Shown piece after piece: positions 23,101 through 36,253 of a stretch of 64,000 nt of DNA. Positions within the stretch are counted from its first letter, which is position 1. Every line of letters starts with the position of its first letter. The stretch is from NCBI RefSeq assembly GCF_009914755.1, contig NC_060947.1; one strand, written 5' to 3'. A model generated the notes under the pieces. It saw only the letters and a program-made list of their open reading frames with translations, ran no database searches and was not told where the DNA came from. The position numbers and the translations under genes were made by a program. The DNA comes from the human T2T-CHM13v2.0 reference genome, Homo sapiens.

Positions 23101-24769
23101 ATATAAAACCATAAAAATTCTTTAAAAAAAACCCGAGGCAATACCATTCAGGACATAGTCATGGGCAAATACTTCATGTCTAAAACACCAAAAGCAATGT
23201 CAGCAGTAGCCAAAATTGACAAATGGGATCTAATTAAACTAAAGAGCTTCTGCACAGCAAAGGAACCTATCATCAGAGTGAACAGGTAGCCTACAGAATG
23301 GGAGAAAAGTTTTGTAAACTATCCATTTTACAAAGGGCTAATATCCAGGATCTACAAAGAAGTTAAACAAATTTACAAGATGAAAACAAACAACCCCATC
23401 AAAAAGTGGGTAAAGGATACTTCTCAAAAGAAGACATTTATGCAGCCAACAAACTTATGAAAAAATGCTCATCATCACAGGTCATTAGAGAAATGCAAAT
23501 CAAAACCACAATGAAATACCATCTCATGCCAGTTAGAATGGTGATCATTAAAAAGTCAAGAAACAACAGATACTGGAGAGGATGTGGAGAAATCGAAATG
23601 CTTTTACACTGTTGTTGGGAGTGTAAATTAGTTCAACCCTTGGGGAAGACAATGTGGCGATTCCTCAAGGATCTAGAACTAGAAATACCATTTGATGCAG
23701 CAATCCCATTACTGGTATATACCCAAAGGATTATAAATCATTCTACTATAAAGACACCTGCACACGTATATTTATTGTGGCAATATTCACAACAGCAAAG
23801 ACTTGGAACCAACCCAAATATCCATCAATGATAGACTAGATAAAGAAAAGGTGGCACATGTACACCATGAAATACTATTCAGCCATAAGAAATAGTGAGT
23901 TCATGTCCTTTGCAGGGACATGGATGAAGCTGAGAACCATCATTCTCAGCAAAGTAACACAAGAAGAAAAAACCAAACACCTCATGTTCTCACTCATAAG
24001 TGGGAGTTGAACAATGAGAACACATGGGCATAGGGAGGGGAACATCACACACCAGGGCCTGTCAAGGTTTGGGGGCTAGGGAAGGGATAGCATTAGAAGA
24101 AATACCTAATGTAGGTGACGGGTTGATGGGTGCAGCAAACCACCATGGCTAGTGTATACATATGTAACAAAACCGCACGTTCGGCATGTGTACCCCGGAA
24201 ATTAAAGTATAATAAAAAAACACAGTTAGGTGAAAGCAATAAGTTGTAGTGTCAGCACAATCACATGACTATAGTTAATAATTTATTGCATATTTCAAAT
24301 TACATTGAAGAGAAAATTTAGAATGTTCTCAACAGAAAATAATCAGAAATGTTTGATGTGATGAGTATTCCAATTACTTTTTAAATTATTACACATTGTA
24401 TTCATGTATCAAAATATCACATGCACCCCACAAATATGTAAAAAATTATTATGTAGCAATAATTTTCTTAAAGAATAGTCCAGCACGTTTTGAATAGTTT
24501 GGATAGATCCGTACAAATTAGTTGTTCTCAACCCAAATTTCAAAACTATTTGTCACAGGCATCATAAAAAATGGAAACAAATTTTAAACATCATGTACTT
24601 CATCTCTCTGCCTCAAGCAAAGCTGCACCTAAGAACTTTCAGAAGCTCTGATAAAACAGCAGTAAGAATTACTCAACAATCTGCCTCAGTCACCTACTGC
24701 AGTACCACTACATATCTTCAATAAGTTCTAAACTAAATTCTTCCTACATATAACAAGAGTAAATGTTCA

Positions 24770-25010
24770 CTAGGCACATGTCACATGCCCAATTCTTTGT
24801 TTGGATATTTACGCATATTAATTAATTTAACCCTCAGAGAGACCCCATGAAGTAAGTACTGTCATTATCCCTATTTTATGGAAGAGGAATCAGGGACACA
24901 AAAAGTTAAATAATTTTTTCAGGGTCACACAAGTAATAAGTAGCAGACTTAAATACTTATATGCTGGCTGTCTAGCTCCAGAGGCAATACTCTTCTTAAC
25001 CATTATGCTT
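24770..25010 (+). mobile_element. MIR SINE
   Basis: MIR-like core: gtcattatccctattttatggaagaggaatcagggacaca...agggtcacacaagtaataagtagcaga. Confidence 0.7.
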
Positions 25011-25140
25011 TTCTACACCTCTTATTATATACCAGCCACTTTTCTTTGAAAGCAAGCCCTAAACCAATGCAGATACTCTCCATCTTGGATCCCTAAGTGA
25101 GGCATATTTGCCTACTGGGGAGAAATGCAAGGAGCCTGAG

Positions 25141-25376
25141 CAGTGCTGTGCCAAGCCATATCGGAGCCCAAGGCAAAAGGAAAAATCAGTAATACTAGTC
25201 CTGTCTTTATTTAAAATTTTGATGTTTTGTTAATGGTGGATTTTCATATTAATTTTTATTTTTAAAAATATTGTATTAAAATATTATTTATCTTGATTAC
25301 TGATTTTTTTTGGCACCCCTTTATATTTTCCCCCCAAGGTAAGAGCCTCACTTGCCTCACCCTAGTCCCAGCCCTG
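25141..25376. mobile_element. hAT-type non-autonomous DNA transposon (MER96/MER96B-like)
   Basis: Ends cagtgctg...cttgcctcaccctagtcccagccctg; AT-rich interior. Confidence 0.65.
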
Positions 25377-25479
25377 GGACTAAGTGGGGCAGAAGAAAAA
25401 GAACATCCTTGATCACTTTTTTCTATCCCATGATGTTCTCTCCATGGATCTCAAGCACCTATTTCCTGAGCAATTCAGA

Positions 25480-25670
25480 CAATAGTTAGGCCTGGTTTTA
25501 TTAAGAAAGCTATGAGGACCTCCTTGGTCACCAAAACATGCCTTTGGTAACACTGGAAAGGACCTCTGAAAGCATTCAGTTGAAGTTGGTCATGTCCAGA
25601 TCAGGAAACTTGACTTCTCCCAACAGAATTAATCACTTCTATAGTCCTATGTTAGAGTCCTTGCTTTCTC
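25480..25670 (-). pseudogene. Predicted terminal exon (RKQGL*HRTIEVINSVGRSQVS*) with poly(A) signal
   Basis: ccttctttcccttccacc...ccttag acceptor; TGA at 25603-25601; AATAAA 25502-25497. Confidence 0.45.
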
Positions 25671-26879
25671 CTAAGGCTCAGTGGTGGAAGGGAAAGAAGG
25701 GCCCTCAAGTTACCCAAGGCCAGGACTGGAGCCCAGGGCTCTTGACTCTCCATTCTGGCTTTTCTATGGCTTGCCATGAGAAAGGCCTCTGGGTCTCTAT
25801 CCAGCCAGGTTGAAGATGGAAACCCCTATCTTTCTCGCTCCAGAACCCAACTTCTGAGCCTTATGCCAAGTGGTTGAGTGAGGGAAGCAACTCCTTCAGG
25901 GAAGGCTTTGGCCTCTGCAAAAGAGAGGTTAATCTACTTCTACAGGCCATAGTGAGATACAAAAATGCTGGCACCTTAACAGTTTCATGACAAATATATC
26001 ACTCCTGGTTTTGAGATCACTATCATCTGAAGCCTCCGTAATATGTAGCCAATGGTAGGGCTGGGAAGAATAGCCTCTAATGTTTCTATCCTCCTGGGAA
26101 AACACAAATGATAAAAAATGCTCCAGGTCTCTGGGATAACATCTCTCTGCTATCTGAGCAAAAAATGAAAGCTGGCCTCAATACTGAACTTTTCTCCAAC
26201 TCTGAACATGGTCGAAAGCCCCAATACCTTAGAGATTCATAAAATAGCGATCACTGGCACTGCCTGAAACTTTCCAACATCAGGTCAGGATTATTATGAA
26301 GCCTACTAGGATTTTTGCCCTTTGGAACTCCTTTAAGCTTTTGCCAGAATGTCCACCATCTCATCCATCCATCTTGTAGTTCCCCAAGCCCAGTATGCTA
26401 GTTCTTGTCTCAACACCTTTGCCCTATCTTGGCCTGGAAAGAGTCTCCAATCCTATCCCTCTCAATCCCTCCCACCTGTTTCAGAATTCCTGATCATTTT
26501 CAAAAGAATATCTCCTCTGGGATTCAAGATCCAGTCTATTTCTTTGACTAAGCATGATTAAACATTCTTAGTACTGGATTCAAGCTTTTTTTTAGGACAT
26601 ACCACAATACTGTGATTCTTCATTGATGTATGAGTTTCTTCTGATTAGACCGTGAATTGAACACAGATCTTTTAAAATTCAGTATTCCAGCATACAGCAT
26701 GATTCCTGGAATAGAGGTTTCTGAATGAATAAATAAGCAAACAAACAAATAAATGTATAGGATGACAGAGAAATTCATTTCACTTGCCTGTTAAGTCTCA
26801 AGATTCAGAAAAAGGATGATTATTGTCCTCACACCTTTTTCAAGACAAACTAATTATTAATTGTTACCAGTTTAAAAAT

Positions 26880-27100
26880 TCTGGCAAAATTATAGATGTA
26901 GAAAAAGATCAGTGGCTGCCAAGGGAAAAAGGGAGGGGGACTGATTACAAAAGAACGTGAGGAAATTTGAGGGAGTGAGGAAAATGTTCTACATCACAAC
27001 TGTGTTGTGGTTATATGACTATACAAATTTGTCAAAATGTATCAAACTGTACACTTGGTGAGTTTTATTATATGTAAATTACAGATTAATAAAGCTCACT
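26880..27100 (+). mobile_element. Ancient L1 (L1MC/ME-like) 3'UTR fragment
   Basis: agatcagtggctgccaaggg...tgtcaaaatgtatcaaactgtacact...ttattatatgtaaattac. Confidence 0.7.
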
Positions 27101-27755
27101 TGAAATTGTATGGAATCTCAGGAAGAAAGGAGCTTTGACATCCAAAGCCATGAAAGTAATCCATGGCTGTAGCAAAAGAACACAAACATGATTGTCAAGA
27201 TACCAGTTTCCAAATCTGGAATAAACTATTTAACCTCTCTGAGACCCATCCTTCTGCCTCTATTAAATAGAGACAATAATATCTCCTTTGTCCTCCCACA
27301 GTGTGGGGCTCCAAAGAGATAACAGATGTGGCTGGACTTTGAACAGCTCAACACTTTTCTTATTATGTTCAGAATACATAATCTGTACAGCCAAAATTTA
27401 ACCAGATTCAGAGCATAGTTTGCCTAGAACTCAGAGTGAAGGGAAACAGACTAAATCCTGAATCCAGAACTTACTCCAGCTCCTCTGAATCAATTTCCTC
27501 TCATCAACAGGTTAATACATTTCCTTTAAAAATATATTATTTTCAGGCTACACTTCAAGAGAAAAGGAGACTGGCCAATCTTAACTTGTGGAAGAAGGTT
27601 TGGCCAGCTTTTTGACAGAAGACACACAAGGGTTGCAAAAGAAAAAAGAAACAACCGATAGAGAGACAAAAGAGAAAGATTCTTCCCTCAGAGTGCTGGA
27701 GGTCTATCTGGGTGCTGGTCTTGCCTTGAGAATGTCCCCACAAGAGCTTCCTCAC

Positions 27756-27819
27756 TTGGTAAGATGGGACAACTGCCACAGCAGGTTTTCTTAGCTGAGA
27801 TCATCAGCTGATGCTCAGC
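27756..27819 (-). pseudogene. Predicted exon 7 (G*ASADDLS*ENLLWQLSHLTK)
   Basis: ccttggccttggcag acceptor, CAA|gtgagg donor, phase 1 to 2, two stops. Confidence 0.4.
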
Positions 27820-28118
27820 CTGCCAAGGCCAAGGCCAGCCAAGATGGAGACCCAGAAAGGCAGCAAATGGTAAGAGTGGTAGAGGCAGAATATGGCTACA
27901 TCTATATGGTTTGAGACCTACTGCAGATATCCTGCATCTTCCTCAAGTGGGGATATGAATTAAGTATCAGGTCACTGGGCTTTGGGACACAAGGTCCACC
28001 CAGACTCTGATATCAACCTGCTTTCCGACCTTAACAAATTCCTTTCTTTTCTTTTAGCTTCATTTCCTCATCTGAAAAATGAATATTATTTAGTGTTCTC
28101 AGGGTAGTTGTGATGCAC

Positions 28119-30469
28119 TGATATGTCACCAACCAAACCTCATCTTGAATTGTAGCTCCCATAATTCCCACATGTCATGGGAGGATCCTGGTGGGAGATA
28201 ATTGAATCAGGGTGTGGTTTTCCCACAATACTGCTCTTGTGATGTTGAATAAGTCTCAAGAGATATGATGGTTTTATAAGGGGTTTCCCCTTTTGCATGG
28301 CTCTCTTGTTGGTGACAATGTAAGTTGTGACTTTGCTCCTCCTTTGCCTTCCACCATGATTGTGATGCCTCCCCAGCCACGTGGAACTGTGAGTCCATTA
28401 ATCCTCTTTCCTTAAAAAATTACCCAGTTGCAGGTATGTTTTTATTAGCAGCATGAGAACAGAATAATACAGTAAATTGGTACTGGCAGAGTGGAGTGCT
28501 GCTGTAAAGATATCCAAAAATGTGGAAGCGACTTTGGAACTGGGTGACAGGCAGAGGTTAGAACAGTTTGGAGGGCTCAAAAGAAGTTAAGAAAATGTGA
28601 GAGAATTTGGACCTTCCTAGAGACTAGGAGGGCTCAGAAGACAGGAAGGTGTGGGAAAGTTTGGAACTTGCTAGAGACATGTTGAATGGTTTTGGTCAAA
28701 ATGCTGATAGTGACATGGACAATAAAGTCCAGGCAGACATGGTCTCAGATGGAGATGAGGAACTAGTTAAGAACTGGAATAAAAGTGACTCATGCTATGT
28801 TTTAGCAAAGAGACTGGTGGACTGGTGGCATTTTGCCCCTGCCCTAGAGATTTGTGGAACTTTGAATTTGAGGGAGATGATTTAGGGCATCTGCCAGAAG
28901 AAATTTCTAAGCAGTAAAGCATTCAAGAGGTGACTTGGGTGCTACAAAAAGCATTCAGTTTTAAAAGGGAAACAGAGCATAAAAGTTCAAAAAATTTTGA
29001 GCCTGATGATGCAATAGAAAACAAAAACTCATTTTCTGAGGAGAAATTGAAGCTGGCTGTAGAAATGTGCATAAGTAATGAGGAGCCTAATGTTGATTAC
29101 CAAGACAATGGGGAAAATATCTTCTGGGCATGTCAGAGACCTTTGTGGCAGTCCCTCCCATCACAGGCCTGGTGGTTTAGGAGGAAAAAATGGTTTCATG
29201 TGCCAGGCCCAGGGATCCTGCTGTCTGCAGCCTAGGGACTTGGTGCCCTGCATCCCAGCTGTTCTAGCCATGGCTAAAAGATGCCAAGGTACACCTCAAG
29301 CTGTGGCCTCAGAGAGTGCAAGCCCCAAGCCTTGGTAGCTTCCACATGGTGTTGACCCTCTGGGTGCACAAAAGTCAAGAACTGAGGTTTGGGAACCTCC
29401 ACCTAGATTTCAGAGGATGTGGGGAAATGCCTGGATGTCCAGGCAGAAGTTTGCTGCAGGGGTGGGGCCCTCATGCAGAACCTCTGCTAAGGCAGTGTGG
29501 AAGGGAAATGTGGGGTTGGAGCCCCCTATGCAGAGTCCTCACTGGAGTACTGCCTAGTGGAGCTGTGAAAAGAGAGCCATCATCCTTCAGACCACAGAAT
29601 GATAGATCCACAGCTTGCACCAAGTCCCTAAAAAGCCACAGACACTCAATGCCAACCTGTGAAAGCAGCTGGAAGGGAGGCTGTACCATGAAAAGCCACA
29701 GGGGCAGAGTTGCCCAAGACCATGGGAACCCATCTCTTGTATCAGTGTGACCTTAATGTGAGACTTGGAGTCAAAGGAGATCATTTTGTTGCTTTAAGAT
29801 TTGACTGACCCACTGGATTTTTGATTGCTCCTTTAGCCCTTGTATTGGCCAATTTCTCCCACTTGGAATGGGTGTATTTATCTAATGCTTGCACCCCCAT
29901 TGTATCTATGAAGTAACTAACTTGCTTTTGATTTTACAGGATCATTGGCAGAAGGGACTTACCTTGTCTCAGATGAGATTTTGTACTGTGGACTTTTGAG
30001 TTAATGCTGAAATAAGTTAAGACTTTGGGGGACTGTTGAGAAGGCATGATTGGTTTTGAAATGGGAGAACATGAGATTTGGGAGGGGCCAGGGGTGGAAT
30101 AATATAGTCTGGCTGTGTCCCCATTATATCTCATTTTGAATTGTAGCTCCCATAATTTCTACATGTTGGGGAGGGACCTGGTGGGAAATAATTAAATCAT
30201 GGGAGCATTTTCCCCCATACTGTTCTCATGGTAGTGAATAATTCTCATGAGAGCAGATGGTTTTACTAAGGGGATTCCCCCTTTGCTTGGCTCTTATTCT
30301 GTCTTGTCTGCCACCATGTAAGACATGTCTTTGCTTCTCCTTTTCCTTCCACCATGATTATGAGGCCTCCCCAGCCATGTGGAACTGTGAGTCCACTAAA
30401 CCTCTTTCCTTTATAAATTACCCAGTCTCAGGTATATCTTTATTGGCAGCATGAAAACAGACTAATACA
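28119..30469 (+). mobile_element. Full-length THE1 (ERVL-MaLR): LTR 28119-28471, internal region, LTR 30100-30469
   Basis: Two homologous LTRs ending taataca, internal region starting gtaaattggta, purine tract before the 3' LTR; TSD tgcac/tgaac; inserted in a MIR. Confidence 0.95.
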
Positions 30470-31142
30470 TGAACACATGTAAAAATTATCTCCCTTTGAC
30501 TCCTAGCACTATTAAAGTGAAACCAGCTTGAACTGCTCTCAGGGAACAGGAATAGAGGTTCTTTCCTGGTCATGTAGCACCTGCCATCTGACCAGGCCAC
30601 CTCCCTCTCCTCCACCTATTTCATTACTTCTCATTATTCAGAGTGCAGCTCAAATTCCACCTTCTCTAAGAAGTCAGGAATATTGTAGCCTACCACATAG
30701 CTAGACTCTTTGTTGTAACTTATCTTTGATTAATCCCTTGAAAAACTGTTTTTCTCCAAATTCTGGATTCTCCAGGGTTACGAAAGACAAAGCAGAGATG
30801 TAGGTTCTGCCTCCTGATTTGGAAACATACAGAGGCATTAAGTTCTGACTCTACCACTTACTGGCAGGGTGACATTAGAAAAGTCATGTCACCTCTTTGA
30901 ATCTCAGAGTTTTAATGTACAAAATGGAGATGATATTAATTGATGGAACTGCCATGAAGTCAAATGAAACACTGGATTTGAAAGCATTTTGTAAAATGCC
31001 ACAGCAATAAAGGCTATTGTTGTTACTGTAATATGAGATCCAAGGGCTTATCACAGCTGCAAAGCATTTCAAGTCCTTGAACGCCATGGAGCCCCCCTGA
31101 AAGCTTTCATGGTGACTCAAATCACTCCTCTAAACCCCTGAC

Positions 31143-31251
31143 CATGGATACTTCACCTTTTCAGAACCACTACCTACATGGATTTCCTCTCTTGGGGTCT
31201 TACAAATGTTGGCTTTCCCAGGGAAAGGGCCTTATCACGCATGACTAATTC
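31143..31251 (-). pseudogene. Predicted exon 6 ([34 protein letters not shown])
   Basis: tacag acceptor next to an Alu, ATG|gtcagg donor, phase 0 to 1, two stops. Confidence 0.4.
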
Positions 31252-31274
31252 CTGTATTTGAGCATACGTAATTT

Positions 31275-31607
<333 letters not shown>

Positions 31608-32099
31608 TAATTAGAAGGAAGCTGGTTATTTGTCTTCTGAGTACAAAGAGACCCAGCATAGAGACCAGGCTAAAATGAAAGTAAATGTTTAGACCCATTT
31701 GTTGGTGCTCTTTTTCTCCGGAGGAATGAACAAGCCTGAGTTTGGACCAAGGAAGCCAAGTGAGGGAAGGCTGGCAAGAGGGTAACTGAGCAGAAGGCAG
31801 AAATCAAGAGAATTCAAGCCAAGTGTCATTAAGCTTTTCCTGTGGGCCTCACTTTGCAAATTCTAAACCAAAAAAAACAAAAACAAAACAAAAAAAAAAC
31901 AAAAATCTTAACTTCATGATACATCTCCCTGGTCGTGAATCTCTACAGGGTGGCTGACTATAAACCTGTTTCTAAGTGGAAATATTCAAATTGGTGGGTG
32001 ATGGTAGTAAAAGCTAAGCCAGTAGGCCAGATATATCTGAGGGTTGCATTCTCAGGTTCCATTGCTCACCAGAGTTTAGCCACAGATCTGTAGCCTTAT

Positions 32100-32545
32100 G
32101 TGTCCAATCACACTTGCTCACAGACAAACTATGCAAAAACACAGACAGACACTGAAAGGCAGATATGTATACATACCCTCAGCAAGGTGATACAAATAGG
32201 CAGGTCTGTAGACTCAAACACATACAAAAAGGCATCAGATGTCAAAACACCCAAAGATACACTCAGAAAAAAGCATAGACAGATAGATAGATAAATAGAT
32301 GATAGATAGATAGACACAAGCACACAGAATAGACAGTTAAAAAATTCACGTTGTAGTTCATGCTCAGGGACATCCACACATGCACCAAAGAAGTGTTGTT
32401 TTAACAGGTGTGCCATGGGCAAAGATGCATAGATAGGCATATACAGACAGACATTCATATGCACAGAGATACAGCAAGAAAGCTACACTTATAAAGGTCT
32501 ATATAAGTACCCAATAGACATGGATATAAAGACATCGAGATAAAG
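32100..32545. repeat. Low-complexity CA/GA-rich tract including (GATA)n microsatellite (~32276-32313)
   Basis: agatagatagataaatagatgatagatagatagac and recurrent acacagac motifs. Confidence 0.7.
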
Positions 32546-32998
32546 AAGCTGACCTCCTAAGCACCAGTTTAAATATCTCCATTTATAAAACAACTTCTCC
32601 AAAAAATGCCCATAAATATGCCACCAGTTAGCTCTGAAGATGATCATGAACCCAAAGAATGTAATAAAAGCAAACCGAAGTATTCAATTTAAAATTTCAC
32701 AGCTCCTCCATCTGCCACAGCACAGGCAGCCAAAGACAATGGCAACAGCAAGCTGCATGGAAACCATAAAAAGTCCTTGATTTATCTCATGTAAAAATTA
32801 ACCTCAGGGAAAAAATGTTAATGCTCCCAACTTTTATGCAGCCATAAAATAGCTCAGAAACCCATTTTAAGAATTGCTTCCATTCCACATGGTGGAAATT
32901 TCAATACTTGCAATATGTCTAGGAAGAGAGAAGCTTAGAGGAGATAAATGGTGCTGGAGGACAGGCAAGTTCCAAAGAAACTAAGAAAGGGTTCTTAC

Positions 32999-33093
32999 TT
33001 CATTAACTGGCTTGTTTCCTGGTCCCTGGAGCTTCCAGTATTCACCAATGTTCTTGTGGGTTTCTAGCATCTTGGAGGCCTGGTCCAAGTTAC
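32999..33093 (-). pseudogene. Predicted exon 5 (GNLDQASKMLETHKNIGEYWKLQGPGNKPVNE)
   Basis: ttctttcaccacag acceptor; GAA|gtaaga donor; open frame; phase 1 to 0. Confidence 0.65.
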
Positions 33094-34339
33094 CTGTGGT
33101 GAAAGAATACTCTTTAGGTTGAGACCAAACTTCAGCTCCTTTGGGAGAAACTTGGTTGCTGATCACCCTGGTCCACCTTGCAGAACCAACAGGATTGGGG
33201 TGGTGGAGCATGAGAGGGAAGGGTATACTCATGTAAGGCCAGTAATAGAGAGAAAAAGGGCTGAAATTAGTCAAGAAGAAATTCATAACCAGTATCTGAA
33301 GTATGCTGGGCCTTCTTCCATTGCTCAGGGAATATCTTGGGAAAAGAAGAACCTCAGGCTCCTGCCTGGAATTATAAAGTAAGAATCCCAGTTCCTAACA
33401 ATTCTCATTATTTGAAGTCTTAGGTGACATGAAGAGCTTGGTTAATTAAAATATGAAAACATTGTCAAAACCTTGTTTCCACCAATAGCTCTAATTTCGT
33501 GCCCCTCCCAACACTTCCCCAGAGTATCATAAACAGTTCTAAATTTTCACCCCTCTCTGTAACCCACCCATTAAGAGGAAATGTGAGCAGTAGATGTGTC
33601 CAAAAACCAGGTGGTAGGAGGAAAAACCAAGGGTATATCTAATCAGACCCAATTAGAAAGTAAAATCTGTGTTCCCAGGACAGCCAAATAGCAATGCTTC
33701 CATTTCCAAAATGAGGATATTAAGGCTCACAGGAGGGGAATGATTGGAACTGACTACACACAAAAAATCACATTGTAGTCATAATGTGATACACAAAAAT
33801 ACACACAGAAATTCAGCAACATAACTAAGGTCTCCTGACACCTGGCTCAATTATCAAATGTTGCTAACTGGTACCATCAACAGATAAATACTCAAATAAA
33901 GAGTAAAAATACATCAGCTCTTCTTACCTGCTCAGAAACCAGTGTCCTATTTAATATTCCTTCCAACTGCTTCCTGGCCATTCATTCCAGTGGTGTTAAA
34001 TTCTTCTAAGTGTATCCTAAAACCCTCTAGATCAAGACCAACCCAGAGCGACCCCTACTGGGAGGGACATAACCTCAGTGGGAAATGATTTGAATGCCTC
34101 TGCCTAAACAGGCTTCTGAGTCAGCCCAGTCTCAAGTGGTTTGAGTAGAGCTCAGCCAATATGTGAGGTGACATGTGTGTGGGTACTATTTCAGTGTGTC
34201 TGTTTTTGGGATTATATTTTGTTAGGTTTTTCTTAAGTATAAGAACCCCTCTACTTCATTTGGAAAGCAAATCTTAAATTTTAATATTGGTATCAATAGA
34301 TATTCATGAATATCAACTATGTACCTATCCAGCCCAGGC

Positions 34340-34550
34340 CTGGATAGAGCTTATAAAGCACTTTCATGTCTGTTAGCTCTTTTTAGCCTACAGTATTGTC
34401 TGTGAGGTATAAACTATTAACCCAAGGTTACAAATAAATAACTGAGGCTCAAAGAGGTAAAGTGACCTATTCCAGATCATACAGGTAGTAAGAAGCACAG
34501 CCAAAATTCAAGTCCAAGCATGTCTGACTTCAAAACTGTTGTCCTTTCCA
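34340..34550 (+). mobile_element. MIR SINE
   Basis: actgaggctcaaagaggtaaagtgacctattccagatcatacagg...tctgacttcaaa. Confidence 0.75.
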
Positions 34551-34754
34551 GCACTGGGTTGTCAGAATGCAAACTCCACAGGCTTTGCTATTTTGCTCAA
34601 TCAATGTTTGTTGAATGAGCAAGTGAGTGAGTCAATTAATAATTAGAAGAAGCAGCTCATGTACCAGGGCAGATTCAGGTTGGCCCCACAGTGGGCAGAG
34701 CTCTTGGGCATATGGAATTGGTGGAGGGCAGTGGGGAGAAGAAAACTACTACCA

Positions 34755-34940
34755 TCACTGAGCACCCCTGTGTGCTAGGAACTGTGCTGGGAACATCAAT
34801 AGATTCTATTTCATGTGAAGATGTTATTCAGCACCCCATCCCTCATATTGAGAAATTGAGGTCCAGAGAGGTTATACAACTTGCCCAAGTTTGCAGAGCA
34901 AATATTTGAACCTGAGTCTGTTCAATCCCAAAGTTGATCC
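34755..34940 (+). mobile_element. MIR SINE
   Basis: gagaaattgaggtccagagaggttatacaacttgcccaag...atttgaacctgagtctg. Confidence 0.75.
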
Positions 34941-35480
34941 TCTTTCTACGATATTGGTCTGCCCTGGGAACCTCCAGATTAAAAGCTTCGAGGGAGGGGC
35001 TTGTAAGAATATGTGTAGAATAAGGTAGAAGAACAGAAATTGAGCAGTAGAAAACAAACTGAAGTTTGGTGGTCAGTGAAGGGGGCACTATTTGAAACCC
35101 ACAGAACACTGGCAGTGAAAAAATGGAGGTAAATCAGGTACTAATTATGATATAAATATGATTCTTGGATCCCATAGCCAGGAGGGTCAGAGATATAAGA
35201 AGAGCTAGATGACACCTGGCTTTCCAAATGGAGTCCTGATGTCATCCTCCTTCCCAGGAATAGTTTTAGCCCCAAGTGTTTAGTTGGGACCTTAAGAATC
35301 AGAGCTGCAACATGAGAGCCACTTATATCCCACAGGTAAGTGTGGCTGCTGAGGTGATGGTGGGACATAAGCCAATCTCAGGGGTATATTTTTCTACCCA
35401 TGGCCTATAAATAAGCCCAGATAAATCCCTAGGGTAAAGACTAATAGCCTCATCTCTGCAGCTCCCTGACCCCACCCCAC

Positions 35481-35604
35481 CAGGAGTTGTCATCTGCTTC
35501 TGACAATCAGAAGGATGGTAGACAGGGCCTATCTGATTCACTTGGCAGTGGAATGGTATCAGCTGCTCAAAAAACTTCGAATTGCCAGGGGGTAGGTCCA
35601 CTTC
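35481..35604 (-). pseudogene. Predicted exon 4 (EVDLPPGNSKFFEQLIPFHCQVNQIGPVYHPSDCQKQMTTP)
   Basis: tcctcctctccttccattcctcttag acceptor; CTG|gtgggg donor; open frame; phase 0 to 1. Confidence 0.65.
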
Positions 35605-36177
35605 CTAAGAGGAATGGAAGGAGAGGAGGAATAGTTGTGACTATATTCCTTCCATTAGATACTCCAGGCCTGACCTCCTAAGGGATTATGAGAGAGTGCC
35701 TTATCCTCAGGCAGGGGAATTAGAAAATATGGCAGGCATCTGCTGCTGCCTTGATGGCTTGATTTGCACCCACCACCTGCAGTCTCCTTAGGGGATGGGG
35801 GGAGGCTGGCAACTCAAGCTTGAGTGGAACCTGAGGCTTGGCATCTTAGCATTTAAGACTTGGTCTAGGAGTGAAGTAAAATCACATTCTGGCATGATGA
35901 AAAGTCATGAGGTTGAAGCCTGAGTCACAACTCTGCTATAAATTGACTATGTGACCTTGGACTGGTAGGTCCCATCCCCTGTCTGATCCTGTTTCCCCAT
36001 CTGTAAAATATGAGGACCATGTGACCTCTAAGCACTCTCCTAGTTACGATAGTAAAGGATTATCTCCCTGTCCTCAGAATTCTTTCTCTTTATTCTTACT
36101 GCCTCCCTAGCTTCTGGGAATTTCTGAGGGAAATGATGCCACACAAGACCGAAGCCAGTGATTTCTTTGGCTCCTAC

Positions 36178-36253
36178 CTTCCTGGAACGCTGGGAAGGAG
36201 CCACCAGGTTGGAAATAAGCTCTGAGTCAAAGCATCCCACAAGGGCCACACAC
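36178..36253 (-). pseudogene. Predicted exon 3 (CVALVGCFDSELISNLVAPSQRSRK) with AG>AT acceptor
   Basis: ~45-nt polypyrimidine tract ending ccat instead of ccag; AAG|gtagga donor; phase 2 to 0. Confidence 0.6.

Noticed and set aside
28649-29784. ORFs inside THE1 internal regions (also 42242-43382)
   Set aside because: Fragmented MaLR internal ORF remnants; not intact genes.
31028-31077. Alternative phase 0 to 1 exon (GGSMAFKDLKC...)
   Set aside because: No pyrimidine tract and a weak donor; 31143-31251 gives a more protein-like join, though neither is proven.
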